A DNA stretch of 51,839 nucleotides from an uncultured Halobacteriales archaeon (GCA_964451065.1 CAYVGY010000001.1:1-51839); one strand, 5' to 3'; positions 7,791 to 17,768 are shown, numbered from the stretch's first letter. The notes: generated by a model not told the origin, from the sequence alone. Translations and numbers: made by a program.

Positions 7791-8426
7791 CTAGCCGGTC
7801 CTTTCCAGACGGAAGCCCGTCCCCACGCTTTTCTCGAAGGTGCGTGCGAACGCACCCTCCGCCGCGCGCGCCCACGGCTTCACGGCGTCCGCCTGGCCCC
7901 GCACCACGAGCCGCACCCGCACCAGGTCCGGCCCCGGCCGACGCCGCAGGTCGCCTGTGACCCGCACCTCGCCGCGCCCCGGCAACGCGCGCCGGGCTGC
8001 GCGAAGCCCCTTGCGCGTCGCCCGTCGCAGCAACGCCTCGGGCGGGTCCGGATCGACCTTCCACGCAAGGTCGGCCAACGCCGCGCTCGGCTCTGGTTCC
8101 CACCATGCCGCGCGCACGGCGGCCGCTGGGAGCGCCGCCGATCCGGCCGCGCCCCCGCCGAGTGCCCCGCGACCCGCCAACCATTCTTCGGTCGAGCCCG
8201 CATCGATGGGCGGGAGGTCCCGGTCGAGCAAGGGGTCGCGCCACGCCGGGAAGACTCCACCCGTCGTCCGACGAAGGAGCATGAAGCCGATCACGGGCCC
8301 TACGACGGCCCCCGCCATCAGGAACGCGCCCGCCGCGGGCTCAAACTTGACAGCCAAGAAAGCCGCGCCCACGACCATGAACATCCAGGCGCCGACGGCC
8401 ACGCGCGTCCAGACCGGCTTCGCCAT
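7791..8426 (-). CDS. Hypothetical membrane protein (2 N-terminal TM segments)
   Basis: MAKPVWTRVAVGAWMFMVVGAAFLAV...AGAFLMAGAVVGPVIGFMLL. TATA-like TTTATC about 27 nt upstream of the ATG. Confidence 0.55.
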   Translation of the reverse strand: MAKPVWTRVAVGAWMFMVVGAAFLAVKFEPAAGAFLMAGAVVGPVIGFMLLRRTTGGVFPAWRDPLLDRDLPPIDAGSTEEWLAGRGALGGGAAGSAALPAAAVRAAWWEPEPSAALADLAWKVDPDPPEALLRRATRKGLRAARRALPGRGEVRVTGDLRRRPGPDLVRVRLVVRGQADAVKPWARAAEGAFARTFEKSVGTGFRLERTG

Positions 8427-8542
8427 GGATTCGCAGTCGACGCGCCGAGTGATAAACCTGCCGTCACGCCGGCGCGGAAAAGCAACCGCCGTCCGGCGGC
8501 GCGCTTGCTTTATCTAGGAGGAGGGATTGGCGCCCGAAGGCC

Positions 8543-8800
8543 ATGGGGATGTACGTCGCCAAGGTACGCATCGGGCTCAAGAAAGGCGTGTCCGACCCCG
8601 AAGGGAACAACACGCTCAAGGCGCTCAAGCTCCTCGGATTCTCGGCCATCGAAGGCGTCCACACGGAACGCACGATCCAGTTGAAGGTCCGCGCGGGCCG
8701 CCAGGAGGACGCCAAGGCCGAGGCGGAACGCGCCTGCCGCCGTCTCCTCACCAACCCCATCATCCACGACTACGAGATCGACGTGGAGGAGACCGCGTGA
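8543..8800 (+). CDS. purS: Phosphoribosylformylglycinamidine synthase subunit PurS
   Basis: 85 aa. VAKVRIGLKKGVSDPEGNNTLKALKLLGF...V matches the PurS pattern. It sits directly upstream of purL. Confidence 0.9.
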   Translation: MGMYVAKVRIGLKKGVSDPEGNNTLKALKLLGFSAIEGVHTERTIQLKVRAGRQEDAKAEAERACRRLLTNPIIHDYEIDVEETA

Positions 8801-11175
8801 GCCGCGGCGGCTCTGCGAGCCTCGTCGCGAGCCGATACGTCCGCACCGACATACCGGGCCCGGTCTTCGAGATCCGGCTCCAGGGCGCCACCGACGCCGA
8901 ACTCACGACCATCTCCGGCGAAATGAGCATCGGCCTCAACCTCGACGAGATGAAACGCGTCCGCGACTACTTCGCGACGAAGGGCCGCAACCCCACGGAC
9001 GTCGAACTCGAAGCCATCGGCCAGGCGTGGAGCGAACACTGCTGCTACAAGTCCAGCAAGCCCGTCCTCAAGAAGAACATCTACGGCATCGCCGAGGACA
9101 AGATCTTCGCCCGCGGCGATGCCGGTATCCTCGAGTTCGACGAGGACCACTTCTTCGTGGCGAAGATCGAGTCCCACAACCACCCCAGCGCGATCGAGCC
9201 CTACGGCGGCGCCGCCACCGGCATCGGCGGCATCATCCGGGACGTCCTTTGCACGGGCGCGCAACCCATTGCGGTCGTCGACCCGCTATTCTTCGGGCCG
9301 CTCGACCTTGACCCCGCCAAGCTCCCCAAGGGCGTGAAGCATCCCCGCTACCTCTTCCAGGGCGTCGTCGAAGGCATCCGCGACTACGGGAACCGAGTCG
9401 GCCTCCCCAACGTGGGCGGGATGTTCTACTTCCATGACGGGTTCACATGGAACTGCCTCGTCAACGCGGGCTGCATCGGCATCATGCCGAAGGAGCACTA
9501 CACGCCCAACAAGGCGAAGGCGGCCGGCAACGTCTACATCTACGCCGGCGGGCACACGGGCCGCGACGGCATCCACGGCGTCACGTTCGCCTCCGCAGAA
9601 CTCGGCGAGGGCTCCGAGGAGTCCTCCCGCAGCGCGGTGCAGGTCGGGGACCCCATCACGAAGGAGCCGCTCATCCACGGCGTCCGCGAATGCGTCGAGA
9701 AAGCCCTCCTCGTGGGCATGAAGGACTTCGGCGGCGGGGGACTCTCCTGCGTGGCCGGCGAACTCGCGTGGGACGCGAAACTGGGCGCCGAGATCGACCT
9801 CGAGAAGATTCCCCTCAAGCAGGAAGGCCTTGCGCCGTGGGAAATCTGGGTCAGCGAGTCCCAGGAACGCATGATGCTCGTGGTGGATCCCCAGAAGGTC
9901 GACGAGGTCCTCCACATCTTCCGCAAGTGGGACGTGACCGCCGCCGAGGTCGGGCGCGTCATCAAGGATCCCGTCGTGCGGGCCTTCCTCCACGGAAAGG
10001 GCGTCCTCGAACTCGACCTCGCCTTCTCCACGGCCGGTCCAGTCTACGACCGGCCCATCCAGGTCGAGGAAGGCCGCAACGGCGCCCAAGCCACCGTCCC
10101 GGAGCCCACCGACTATGCCGCCACCCTCCTCCAACTCCTCGGCCGATGGAACATCTGTAGCAAGGAATGGGTCATCCGGCAGTACGACCACACGGTGCGC
10201 GCTGCCACCGTTCTCCAACCGCTGCAGGGGAAGATCGGCGTGGCCGCCCACGGGGACGCTACCGTCCTCAAGCCCGTCGAGGCAAGCTGGCGAGGCCTGG
10301 CCGTCACGACCGACGTCAACCCGAGCCTCTGCGAACGCAACCCCTACCGGGGCGCGGCGGCCGCCATGGACGAAGCCATCCGCAACCTCGCCGCCGTCGG
10401 CGCCCGCGTCGCCGCCGTCTGCGATAACCTCAACTTCGGCAACCCCGAGGACCCCCGCGTCATGGGCCAGCTCCACGAGGCGACGCGCGGTCTCGCCTAC
10501 GTGGCCCGCGCGCTCCGCATCCCGTTCTCAAGCGGCAACGTGAGCCTTTACAACGACAACCCGGCCGGTCCCGTCCCGCCCACGCCGACGCTCATGGCGC
10601 TCGGCATCGTGAAGGACATCCGTTCGTGCGTCACCACCGACCTCAAGGCCGATGGCGACAAGCTCTTCCTGGCCGGCCAAGAGACGCAGGCCGAACTCGG
10701 CGGAAGCGAATACCACCGCATGGCCGGCCATCCCGACGCGGGCCGCGTGCCCAGGACCGACGCGACCTTCACGGGCCGCGCCGCCGAAGCCGTGGTGACG
10801 GCCATCGAGGCCGGCTTGGCCCGGGCGTGCCACGACTGCAGCGAGGGCGGCCTCGCCGTGGCCGTCGCCGAGATGGCCATGGGCGGCGACCTTGGCGTCA
10901 CCATCAACCTCGAAAAGGTCGCCCCGTCGCTCCGTCACGACGAGAAGCTATTCAGCGAGACCAACACGCGGTGGGTCATCGAGGTCGCCCCCGAGAACGA
11001 GGCCCCGTTCCGCGACCACTTCGCCCAGGCGCGGATTCCTGTGGCCGAAATCGGCCGGGTTGGCGGCCGCGACCTCCACGTCATCGAACGCCGCGGCACG
11101 ACGGTGCTGAGGGTCCCCCTGGAGGAGGCGCGCCGCGCCTGGTCCGAACCGCTCCACCGGGTGGTGGCCGGATGA
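8797..11175 (+). CDS. purL: FGAM synthase II (PurL)
   Basis: GTG at 8797 overlaps the purS stop (GTGA). Motifs include GRNPTDVELEAIGQAWSEHCCYK, ESHNHPSAIEPYGGAATGIGG and GVTFASAE. The exact start is uncertain. Confidence 0.9.
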   Translation: MSRGGSASLVASRYVRTDIPGPVFEIRLQGATDAELTTISGEMSIGLNLDEMKRVRDYFATKGRNPTDVELEAIGQAWSEHCCYKSSKPVLKKNIYGIAEDKIFARGDAGILEFDEDHFFVAKIESHNHPSAIEPYGGAATGIGGIIRDVLCTGAQPIAVVDPLFFGPLDLDPAKLPKGVKHPRYLFQGVVEGIRDYGNRVGLPNVGGMFYFHDGFTWNCLVNAGCIGIMPKEHYTPNKAKAAGNVYIYAGGHTGRDGIHGVTFASAELGEGSEESSRSAVQVGDPITKEPLIHGVRECVEKALLVGMKDFGGGGLSCVAGELAWDAKLGAEIDLEKIPLKQEGLAPWEIWVSESQERMMLVVDPQKVDEVLHIFRKWDVTAAEVGRVIKDPVVRAFLHGKGVLELDLAFSTAGPVYDRPIQVEEGRNGAQATVPEPTDYAATLLQLLGRWNICSKEWVIRQYDHTVRAATVLQPLQGKIGVAAHGDATVLKPVEASWRGLAVTTDVNPSLCERNPYRGAAAAMDEAIRNLAAVGARVAAVCDNLNFGNPEDPRVMGQLHEATRGLAYVARALRIPFSSGNVSLYNDNPAGPVPPTPTLMALGIVKDIRSCVTTDLKADGDKLFLAGQETQAELGGSEYHRMAGHPDAGRVPRTDATFTGRAAEAVVTAIEAGLARACHDCSEGGLAVAVAEMAMGGDLGVTINLEKVAPSLRHDEKLFSETNTRWVIEVAPENEAPFRDHFAQARIPVAEIGRVGGRDLHVIERRGTTVLRVPLEEARRAWSEPLHRVVAG

Positions 11176-12008
11176 AGCGCAGCGACATCCGCGTCGGCGT
11201 GCTCCGCATCGAAGGCACGAACAGCGAGGAGGAGTCCGCCGCCGCGTTCCGCCGCCTCGGCTGCCAGAGCGAGATCGTCCACCTCAAGCAGCTTCTGCGC
11301 CAAGACACGTGGCCCGGCGAAGAACGCAAGCTGATGGACTATCAGGTCCTCTTCTTCCCCGGCGGCTTCAGCGCAGGCGACTACGTCCGCGCGGGCGCCA
11401 TCTTCGCCGCCCGCCTCAAGGCCGGCCTCGCGAAGGACCTCGACGAGTACGTCCGCTCGGGGCGGCTCATCATCGGCGTCTGCAACGGCTTCCAGATCCT
11501 GGCGGAAGCAGGTCTCCTTCCCGGCACCACCGCGCCGGTGGCCGCCCAACCCGAGGCGTGCCTCTTCACCAACGATGTGGCCCACTACGAGTGCCGACCC
11601 GTGCTCCTCAAGCACGTGAACCGCGGCAAGAACGCGTTCACGCGCAAGATCGGGCCCGGTGAGGTCCGCGCCATCCAATCGGCGCATGGCGAAGGCAAGT
11701 TCCTCGTGGACCGGCAGGCCGAGGCCCGCATCCTCAAGGAACTCGAGGACAACGACCAGATCGTGTTCCGCTACGTCGACCCCTCGGGAGGCCTCGCCGG
11801 GTACCCCTGGAACCCCAATGGAGGCCCGGGGAACATCGCCGGCGTCTGCAACCGCGAGGGGAATGTTTTCGGCATGATGCCGCACCCGGAGCGGGGGTTC
11901 TACCGCCATACGCAGGCGGACTGGACGCGGTCCGGGCTCGATGGCGACGTGGGCGACGGACGCGCCATCTTCGAGAGCGCGGTCGCGTACTGCGAACGGA
12001 GATCCTGA
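11172..12008 (+). CDS. purQ: FGAM synthase I, glutamine amidotransferase subunit (PurQ)
   Basis: The ATG overlaps the purL stop (ATGA). VGVLRIEGTNSEEE..., catalytic GVCNGFQIL and MMPHPER. Confidence 0.9.
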   Translation: MKRSDIRVGVLRIEGTNSEEESAAAFRRLGCQSEIVHLKQLLRQDTWPGEERKLMDYQVLFFPGGFSAGDYVRAGAIFAARLKAGLAKDLDEYVRSGRLIIGVCNGFQILAEAGLLPGTTAPVAAQPEACLFTNDVAHYECRPVLLKHVNRGKNAFTRKIGPGEVRAIQSAHGEGKFLVDRQAEARILKELEDNDQIVFRYVDPSGGLAGYPWNPNGGPGNIAGVCNREGNVFGMMPHPERGFYRHTQADWTRSGLDGDVGDGRAIFESAVAYCERRS

Positions 12009-12020
12009 CCAGGTCGGCTC

Positions 12021-12278
12021 CTAGTTGAGTTCGCCGCCCTTGACCTCGGCGCCATCTTGGCACACGGCCGCGCCCGCGATGACGTTGGCCCACTTCGAGT
12101 AGGCGCCGGCGAAGAAGCAGCCGTACCAGCCGTTGCCTTCGGCCCAGTGGCAACCCGACCCGTCCCCGGAGTCCCAGCAACTCCCGTCGGCGTAGGCCGT
12201 GGCAGAGGGCATCGCCGAAACCTCGACGAGGGCGGTAGCGAGGCCAGCTAGCACGAGACCCGTTCGGAGGGCAACCAT
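12021..12278 (-). CDS. Small secreted Cys/Gly/Trp-rich protein (85 aa)
   Basis: Only the 3' 85 codons of track ORF 12021-13472 look coding. MVALRTGLVLAGLATALVEVSAMPSATAYA is a signal peptide. The mature part has 4 Cys: DGSCWDSGDGSGCHWAEGNGWYGCFFAG...AAVCQDG. Confidence 0.5.
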   Translation of the reverse strand: MVALRTGLVLAGLATALVEVSAMPSATAYADGSCWDSGDGSGCHWAEGNGWYGCFFAGAYSKWANVIAGAAVCQDGAEVKGGELN

Positions 12279-12398
12279 GGGTCCTGGCGGCGCTGGCGGA
12301 CTCCTTTGCTTTTCTGGATCAAGTAACAAACCTCGAGAATTCCAGGTTCCCAAGAATGCGCGGCGGCGCCCCACCGAACCGCTTAAGGGCGGAACCCG

Positions 12399-13481
12399 TT
12401 GCGCCGGCCCGTGCCAGGCGAGTTCGTGGGCGACCGCGTCATCGTGCGTCCCCAGAACGAAGCGAACCGTATCCACAACAAGGGCCACTACGGCCGGCCC
12501 CTCTCGGGCGGCGCCCTCGAATTGGACCTCGTGGAGGCCGCGTACCTCACCGAGACCGACCGCCTCGCGGTCCAGCGCGACGGACGCGTGTTGCCGTGGC
12601 CCGAGTTTGTCGCTGCCGCCGTCCGGACGGCGCCCGATTTCGAGATCCCGTACCTCGTGTACCGCGACCTGCGCGAACGCGGCTACCTCGTGCTCGCCGC
12701 CCCGCCCGCCGCCAAGAAGGCCGGCGCCCAATTCCAACTCTGGCCGCGCGGCACGGAACGACCCGGGCCCGCCGCCGCATGGGTCCGCGCCGTGAACGAA
12801 CGAAGCCCGCTCGACCTTGGCGAACTCTTCCGGTTCGTCGAGGCGGCGCGGGAAGCCAAGTGCCTCGCCCACGTCACCGTCGTCGACGAAGAATCCGACC
12901 TCACCTACTACGAACTCGCCACCGACCCGCCGCGGACCCCGACGCCGTCCGAACGGCGTCTGCCCCGCGAGGCGCGCGGCGTGCTTCTGGCGGACCGCGT
13001 ACTGGTGCCGGACGCCGAGCCGGCCCGAGCCCTCCACGACGCCGGCTTCTACGGAAAGCCCATCGCGAAGGGACTCCAGCTGAGTCTCGTCGAGACCCTG
13101 CACCTCATGGAATCCGCGGGTCTCCGCGTTGAGGACGCGGGGACCGGCAGGCCGCTCTCCGCGGCCGCGCTGCGGCGTCGAGGCCGGGACCTCGAACCCC
13201 AGTTCGAACTCCGCGTACGCGTCTACGACGAACTCAAGGGCCGCGGTCTCACCGTCAAGACCGGCTTCAAGTTCGGCACGCACTTTCGGGCGTACGAATC
13301 GCGGCCGGAGGAGGGTCACGCGCCCTACCTCGTCCAGGCCGTTCCCGCGGATTTCACCACCTCGTGGGAACCGGTCGCGCGGGGTGTCCGTCTTAGCCAC
13401 ACCGTGCGGAAGCGGTTCTACTTCGCCCGCGTTGGGGTCCGCGACGTGTCGTATCTTGCTCTTGGCCGCCACCGGCCTTGA
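12399..13481 (+). CDS. endA: tRNA-splicing endonuclease (two-repeat, homodimer-type EndA)
   Basis: The C-terminal catalytic unit FKFGTHFRAYESRPEEGHAPYLVQAV...SHTVRKRFYFA matches EndA. A degenerate N-terminal repeat is present. Start is TTG 12399 or GTG 12411. Confidence 0.85.
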   Translation: MRRPVPGEFVGDRVIVRPQNEANRIHNKGHYGRPLSGGALELDLVEAAYLTETDRLAVQRDGRVLPWPEFVAAAVRTAPDFEIPYLVYRDLRERGYLVLAAPPAAKKAGAQFQLWPRGTERPGPAAAWVRAVNERSPLDLGELFRFVEAAREAKCLAHVTVVDEESDLTYYELATDPPRTPTPSERRLPREARGVLLADRVLVPDAEPARALHDAGFYGKPIAKGLQLSLVETLHLMESAGLRVEDAGTGRPLSAAALRRRGRDLEPQFELRVRVYDELKGRGLTVKTGFKFGTHFRAYESRPEEGHAPYLVQAVPADFTTSWEPVARGVRLSHTVRKRFYFARVGVRDVSYLALGRHRP

Positions 13482-13502
13482 ATCACCGTTCCTAGGGCAC
13501 TC

Positions 13503-14390
13503 TTGCGCCAGTTAGGCCTTATCTATCTTCCAACAAGCGTGGTTCATCGGTGGTTCCACATCCACCGATCGATTGCCGCCCTGCTCGCCCTGCTCTTCAT
13601 GGGATATGCGATTTCGGGTTGCCTTCAGCGTGACGGCGACAAGGAAGAGACGACGGACGAGACGGGCACGTCCGGCACGACGACCACGCCGACCAACACG
13701 GCGGCGACGACCACGAACCGGACGCGCCCGACGGGCACGGGTGCGAATCATCCGCCGTCGGCCTCCCTCACGGCCGAAAGCGAGAACCGCGCGTTGGACG
13801 TGAACTTCACGATTCGGGTCCTGGACCGCGACGGCGACGATATTTCGTGGACGCTCGACGCCGATGGCGACGCGTCAACGGATGAATCCGGACGCACGAA
13901 CAACGCGACCTACACGCACACGTACGAGTCCAACGGGACCTACAACGCGACCCTGGACGCCACCGACGGCGAACTCACCACCAGCGTGAACGTGACCGTC
14001 ACGGTGGGCGGCACCGGCGGCGGCAACGAATCGATCCAATCCTTGCAGCGCGTCGAGGGCAGTTACGACCTGGGTGGCCCCGTTGAATGCCTCTTCGGCT
14101 TCTTGGACGACTTCGAGAACCTCACCTTCGTCAAGTTCACGGTCGACAACGCCACCCGCGAGCTCGGGTTCAACGCCACGTTCGACTTCGCGGTCCCCGG
14201 CATCGCCGCCGTCGACTTCTACGACGTCGAGGACGAGTACATTGAGACCCACGGCGGCCTCCTCGATCCCGGGAACTACGGGGACTCCGTGGTGAGTGGC
14301 ATCGTCCACGAGGACGCCGTCACGGGCTACTTGTATAGTTGCGGCGGCGCCGCCGTGGACGTCGTTTACGAAGTCGCCTGGCCGGCCTGA
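13503..14390 (+). CDS. Lipobox-containing surface protein with PKD-like domain
   Basis: The signal peptide ends in the lipobox-like AISGC, followed by a Thr-rich linker. ANHPPSASLTAESENRALDVNFTIRVLDRDGDDISWTLDADGD...YTHTYESNGTYNATLDATDG is PKD-like. Many N-x-S/T sequons. Confidence 0.7.
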   Translation: MRQLGLIYLPTSVVHRWFHIHRSIAALLALLFMGYAISGCLQRDGDKEETTDETGTSGTTTTPTNTAATTTNRTRPTGTGANHPPSASLTAESENRALDVNFTIRVLDRDGDDISWTLDADGDASTDESGRTNNATYTHTYESNGTYNATLDATDGELTTSVNVTVTVGGTGGGNESIQSLQRVEGSYDLGGPVECLFGFLDDFENLTFVKFTVDNATRELGFNATFDFAVPGIAAVDFYDVEDEYIETHGGLLDPGNYGDSVVSGIVHEDAVTGYLYSCGGAAVDVVYEVAWPA

Positions 14391-14486
14391 GCCCGGAGTC
14401 ACCCCGTTGAAACCGCGGCGGCTAAAGCCCTCCGCTTTCTCCCATGCAGAAGCTAGATATACTCCACACTGCCCCTCGCTGATTGG

Positions 14487-15722
14487 GTGGTTCGCCTGGG
14501 AGCGAAGCTGAGCATTGTTTTGTCGGCCGTGACGATTGTCGCCTTGTTTTCGGGTTGCACGAGCAAGGACACGAAGGACGAAGCCGGCGAGGAAAGCGAA
14601 TTCGGCGTGAGCCAGGACGAGGCTGGCGGCGCCGGCGAGGCCGCCGAGAACCTGGCGCCGGTAGTGTCCCTCAAGGTCTTGGCCGGCGGCGCGGAATTGA
14701 CGGCGACGAGCGGCACCATCGCGGCGGACGCGGACGAGAGCCTCACCTTCGATGCATCCGCATCTTCGGATCCCGACGGCGACGTGGTTTCCTACGCGTG
14801 GACGGTGGACGGCGCCGAGGCCAACGAGACGACGCCCTCGATCACGCGCGCATTCGACGGGGGGGACCACCGCGTGGCGGTCACGGTGAGCGACGCGGAA
14901 CTCTCCTCAGACCAATCCATCCTGATCCAGATTCCCTTGGGGGAAAGCGAGGATGTGCCGGTCCAAGCGTCGGCGGTCCTTCATGAGACATTCGCCGGCA
15001 CCTTGGCGGGCGGTTCGATCTCCGATCCCGCCGGCACCGACGCCCTCGTGGGCGATTACGTCTCCCACGCGTTCGAGGTCCCCGCCGGCGCTACCCAGAT
15101 CGTGGTGATGACGGAGTGGATTGACCCTGTCGGCGAGCACATGCCGGTCACGTCCGACATCGACGTGTTCCTCCTGAATCCGGCCGGCGCCTCGCAAGCC
15201 AGCGGCGAGACGTACAACTTCGAGTACGTCCGCCTCAACGACACGAAGAAGCTTGTGGAAGGCACGTGGAAGGTTCAGCTCCTGCCGTACAACGTTCCGG
15301 ACGACGTCGACTACACGGTCGACGTGTTGGTGTGGACGGGCTCCGTGGGTCGATCCGTGTTCGAGGGGTCCGTCACTGGAAAGGTCGACGCCGGGACCCC
15401 GGCGGATTCGGCCGCGCTCTCCCACATGGTCAGCCTCCCGGCGGCGTCCGCGGTCGTGGCGCGCCTCACCTGGTTCGGGGCTGGCCAACCCGGCGCACGC
15501 GTGGGTTCATGCACCCAAGGGGCCATCGTTCCCAACGACTTCGACTTCTTTGCCAAGGCGGGCGGGAAGACCCAGTTCCAATCGCAAGACGGCGCAACCT
15601 GCGAGTTCGGCTTCATCGCGGCGGAACCCGACAAACCCATCCCCACGGGGGAGTGGACGTTCGAACTCGTGCAGTTCTTGGTGACCGACGCGGATTACAC
15701 CCTCGAAGTCGAGTGGGGTTAA
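14487..15722 (+). CDS. Lipobox-containing surface protein with PKD-like domain and beta-sandwich C-terminal domains
   Basis: LSAVTIVALFSGC is lipobox-like. LTFDASASSDPDGDVVSYAWTVDG...HRVAVTVSDAE is PKD-like. TATA-like tagatatac about 29 nt upstream of the GTG. Confidence 0.7.
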   Translation: MVRLGAKLSIVLSAVTIVALFSGCTSKDTKDEAGEESEFGVSQDEAGGAGEAAENLAPVVSLKVLAGGAELTATSGTIAADADESLTFDASASSDPDGDVVSYAWTVDGAEANETTPSITRAFDGGDHRVAVTVSDAELSSDQSILIQIPLGESEDVPVQASAVLHETFAGTLAGGSISDPAGTDALVGDYVSHAFEVPAGATQIVVMTEWIDPVGEHMPVTSDIDVFLLNPAGASQASGETYNFEYVRLNDTKKLVEGTWKVQLLPYNVPDDVDYTVDVLVWTGSVGRSVFEGSVTGKVDAGTPADSAALSHMVSLPAASAVVARLTWFGAGQPGARVGSCTQGAIVPNDFDFFAKAGGKTQFQSQDGATCEFGFIAAEPDKPIPTGEWTFELVQFLVTDADYTLEVEWG

Positions 15723-15726
15723 CCAC

Positions 15727-16476
15727 CTACGGGACAGTGGCGCCCGCCGGCTCGAGCTCGTACTCGATGCGTAGCGTCTCCGCGCCCTTGGACGTCTTGC
15801 CCAACATCCGGACGCGTCCAATTTCCTCCAAGTTCCGGACGTGCGTCCCTCCGCACGGACACGCGTCCAGCCCTTCGATCTCGATCACGCGCAGATCCTG
15901 CACGTGGGCCGGAAGCAGGTCGAGGTTGGCGCGGTCGGGCTTCACGCGCTTCTCCAGGTCGGAGCGGTGCTCGAACACGATCCGCACGGGCAGGCGCTTG
16001 GCCAAGACCTGGTTCGTTTCGTCCTCGATGCGTTTCATGTCCTCGTCGGTGAAGCGGGCGGGACGGAAATCGATTCGGCTCCGGTCGGCGTGGATCTGGT
16101 TGCCCACGGTCCGGACGCCGCCGAAGAGGTCGTACACGAGTCCGGAGATGAGGTGCTGGCTCGTGTGCATCCGCATGTGGGCGTGACGGCGCGGCCAGTC
16201 GATCGCCCCGTGCACGTCGACCACGCCCTCCGATGGCATCCGGTCAAGAAGGTGCCGCACGATCCCCTTCTTCTCGACCCGCACGACGCGCGCCTCGCCT
16301 CCGGCGAATGACAGCATGCCCGTGTCGCATTCCTGGCCGCCACCCTCGGGGTAGAACAACGAACGGTCCAGGACCACGTACCCATCCCCCCGCTTGACGA
16401 TCTGGGCGTCGAACGAGCGTTCGTACGCGCGGTCCATCGCCGACAGGTAGAGGAGTTCCGTCTGCGCCTCGGCCAC
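15727..16476 (-). CDS. alaX: Alanyl-tRNA editing protein AlaX
   Basis: FYPEGGGQ..D.G, HTSQHLISG and CPCGGTHV are the zinc-binding editing-domain motifs. The track ORF extends to 16554 but would then overlap the divergent gene, so GTG 16476 is preferred. Confidence 0.8.
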   Translation of the reverse strand: MAEAQTELLYLSAMDRAYERSFDAQIVKRGDGYVVLDRSLFYPEGGGQECDTGMLSFAGGEARVVRVEKKGIVRHLLDRMPSEGVVDVHGAIDWPRRHAHMRMHTSQHLISGLVYDLFGGVRTVGNQIHADRSRIDFRPARFTDEDMKRIEDETNQVLAKRLPVRIVFEHRSDLEKRVKPDRANLDLLPAHVQDLRVIEIEGLDACPCGGTHVRNLEEIGRVRMLGKTSKGAETLRIEYELEPAGATVP

Positions 16477-16552
16477 GCCGCGGGCAAGGCGCGCCGCCCC
16501 AATAAGATGCGCGGACGCAACGACTTTGAGGCCGAGTCGGTTGGAGCCGTCC

Positions 16553-17191
16553 ATGCGGCGGGCGGTCGTGGTGGGGAACTCCGACCTTCCGCCACGTCAG
16601 ATCGCCGCGCCGTGGATCGAACGCGCCGATCTCATCATCGCCGCGGACGGCGGCGCCAACCGCCTCCTCGCGCTGGGCTGGGAACCGGACCTGGTTGTGG
16701 GCGACATGGACAGCGTGCTCGGCAGCACACGACGAAGACTCGGCCGCCGACGATTCAAGGCGATGCGCGACCCCAACCGGACGGATTTGGAGAAAGCCCT
16801 CGGCGTCGCCCACGATCGGGGCTGCCGCGACGTGAGCATCTTTGGCGTTAGCAAGGGCCGACTCGACCACGTCCTGGGCGCCGTCTCCATCCTCCTGGCG
16901 TGGACCTCGAAGTTTCGCCTTCGCCTCGTGGACGAGGACTTCACCACGGAAGTCGTCCGACGCAAGCTGCGGTTCCGCGCGCCGCCGGGAACCGTCGTGA
17001 GCCTCTGGGCCCCCTCCGGCGCCAAGGGCGTGGACACGCGGGGCCTCAAGTGGCGGCTCAAGGGCGCGACGCTCCGCCGCGGGACGCTCGGCATCCACAA
17101 CTTCGTCGAGCAGAGTCCTGTGATTATCTCGGTGGCCGAGGGAGACCTGCTGGTGATGCGTGGCCATTGGGTCGAGCCGCACGGCCGTTAG
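16553..17191 (+). CDS. Thiamine pyrophosphokinase
   Basis: MRRAVVVGNSDL...LIIAADGGAN...VVGDMDSV...DPNRTDLEKAL...FGVSKGRLDHVLG is the TPK catalytic-domain pattern. ATG at 16553. Confidence 0.7.
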   Translation: MRRAVVVGNSDLPPRQIAAPWIERADLIIAADGGANRLLALGWEPDLVVGDMDSVLGSTRRRLGRRRFKAMRDPNRTDLEKALGVAHDRGCRDVSIFGVSKGRLDHVLGAVSILLAWTSKFRLRLVDEDFTTEVVRRKLRFRAPPGTVVSLWAPSGAKGVDTRGLKWRLKGATLRRGTLGIHNFVEQSPVIISVAEGDLLVMRGHWVEPHGR

Positions 17192-17565
17192 CCGAGGGGC
17201 ACGATGTCGCCCAATCCTTCCAGGCTCGGGTTCACGCTGATGACCCGGCCACCAATGGCTTCCGCCGTGGCCACAACGAGCGCGTCGCGCACCTGAAGCC
17301 GCGGCTTTTCGTGCGTCGCCAGGAACCGTCCGGCGCGGGCGGCGATGTCGGTCGTCACGGGCTGGATGGTGCCGCGGGACTCGATGAACTGGATGAATTC
17401 CGCCGGGTTGTCCTTGCGCTGCCGGGCGGCCTCCGTCACCTCGGCCACGACCGAGGCCGGCGTCACGGTCTCGTCCGCCTTCTGGACGTAGGCTCGGACG
17501 ACCTCGCCTTCGGCGGTGCCGTTGAAGTACGCGAACCAGGCGGAGGCGTCCAAGACGATGATCAC
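17188..17565 (-). CDS. vapC: PIN-domain toxin VapC
   Basis: MIIVLDASAWFAYF...DALVVATAEA shows PIN acidic-residue spacing. It has a 4-nt overlap with the upstream AbrB-type gene. Confidence 0.8.
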   Translation of the reverse strand: MIIVLDASAWFAYFNGTAEGEVVRAYVQKADETVTPASVVAEVTEAARQRKDNPAEFIQFIESRGTIQPVTTDIAARAGRFLATHEKPRLQVRDALVVATAEAIGGRVISVNPSLEGLGDIVPLG

Positions 17566-17768
17566 GGCCAGGCCTCCCCCGGCTTGGCGGGCCGGTCCCT
17601 CCAGACCCCGAAGAGGTCGCGCGGGGCGGGCTTGTGGATGTGGGGGATCTCGACCTCGTCGCCTTCCTTGAGCCGCCGTTGGTCGAGCTCGTGCTTGGGG
17701 ATGATGACGCCCAAGGAACTCCCCACGCGGCGGATCCGGGTGCGAATGGACACGTTCCGGCTAGACAT
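17562..17768 (-). CDS. vapB: AbrB/SpoVT-type antitoxin VapB
   Basis: RIRRVGSSLGVIIPKHELDQRRLKEGDEVEI is an AbrB/MazE-like swapped-hairpin motif. The start may instead be the in-frame GTG at 17753. Confidence 0.75.
   Translation of the reverse strand: MSSRNVSIRTRIRRVGSSLGVIIPKHELDQRRLKEGDEVEIPHIHKPAPRDLFGVWRDRPAKPGEAWP

Noticed and set aside
9286-10476. 396-aa minus-strand ORF and several Arg/Pro-rich plus-strand ORFs inside purL
   Set aside because: The purL frame carries canonical FGAM synthase motifs. The alternatives are low-complexity.
12279-13472. Upstream 398 codons of track ORF 12021-13472
   Set aside because: This part is antisense to endA. Only the last 85 codons, downstream of an ATG with a signal peptide, look coding.
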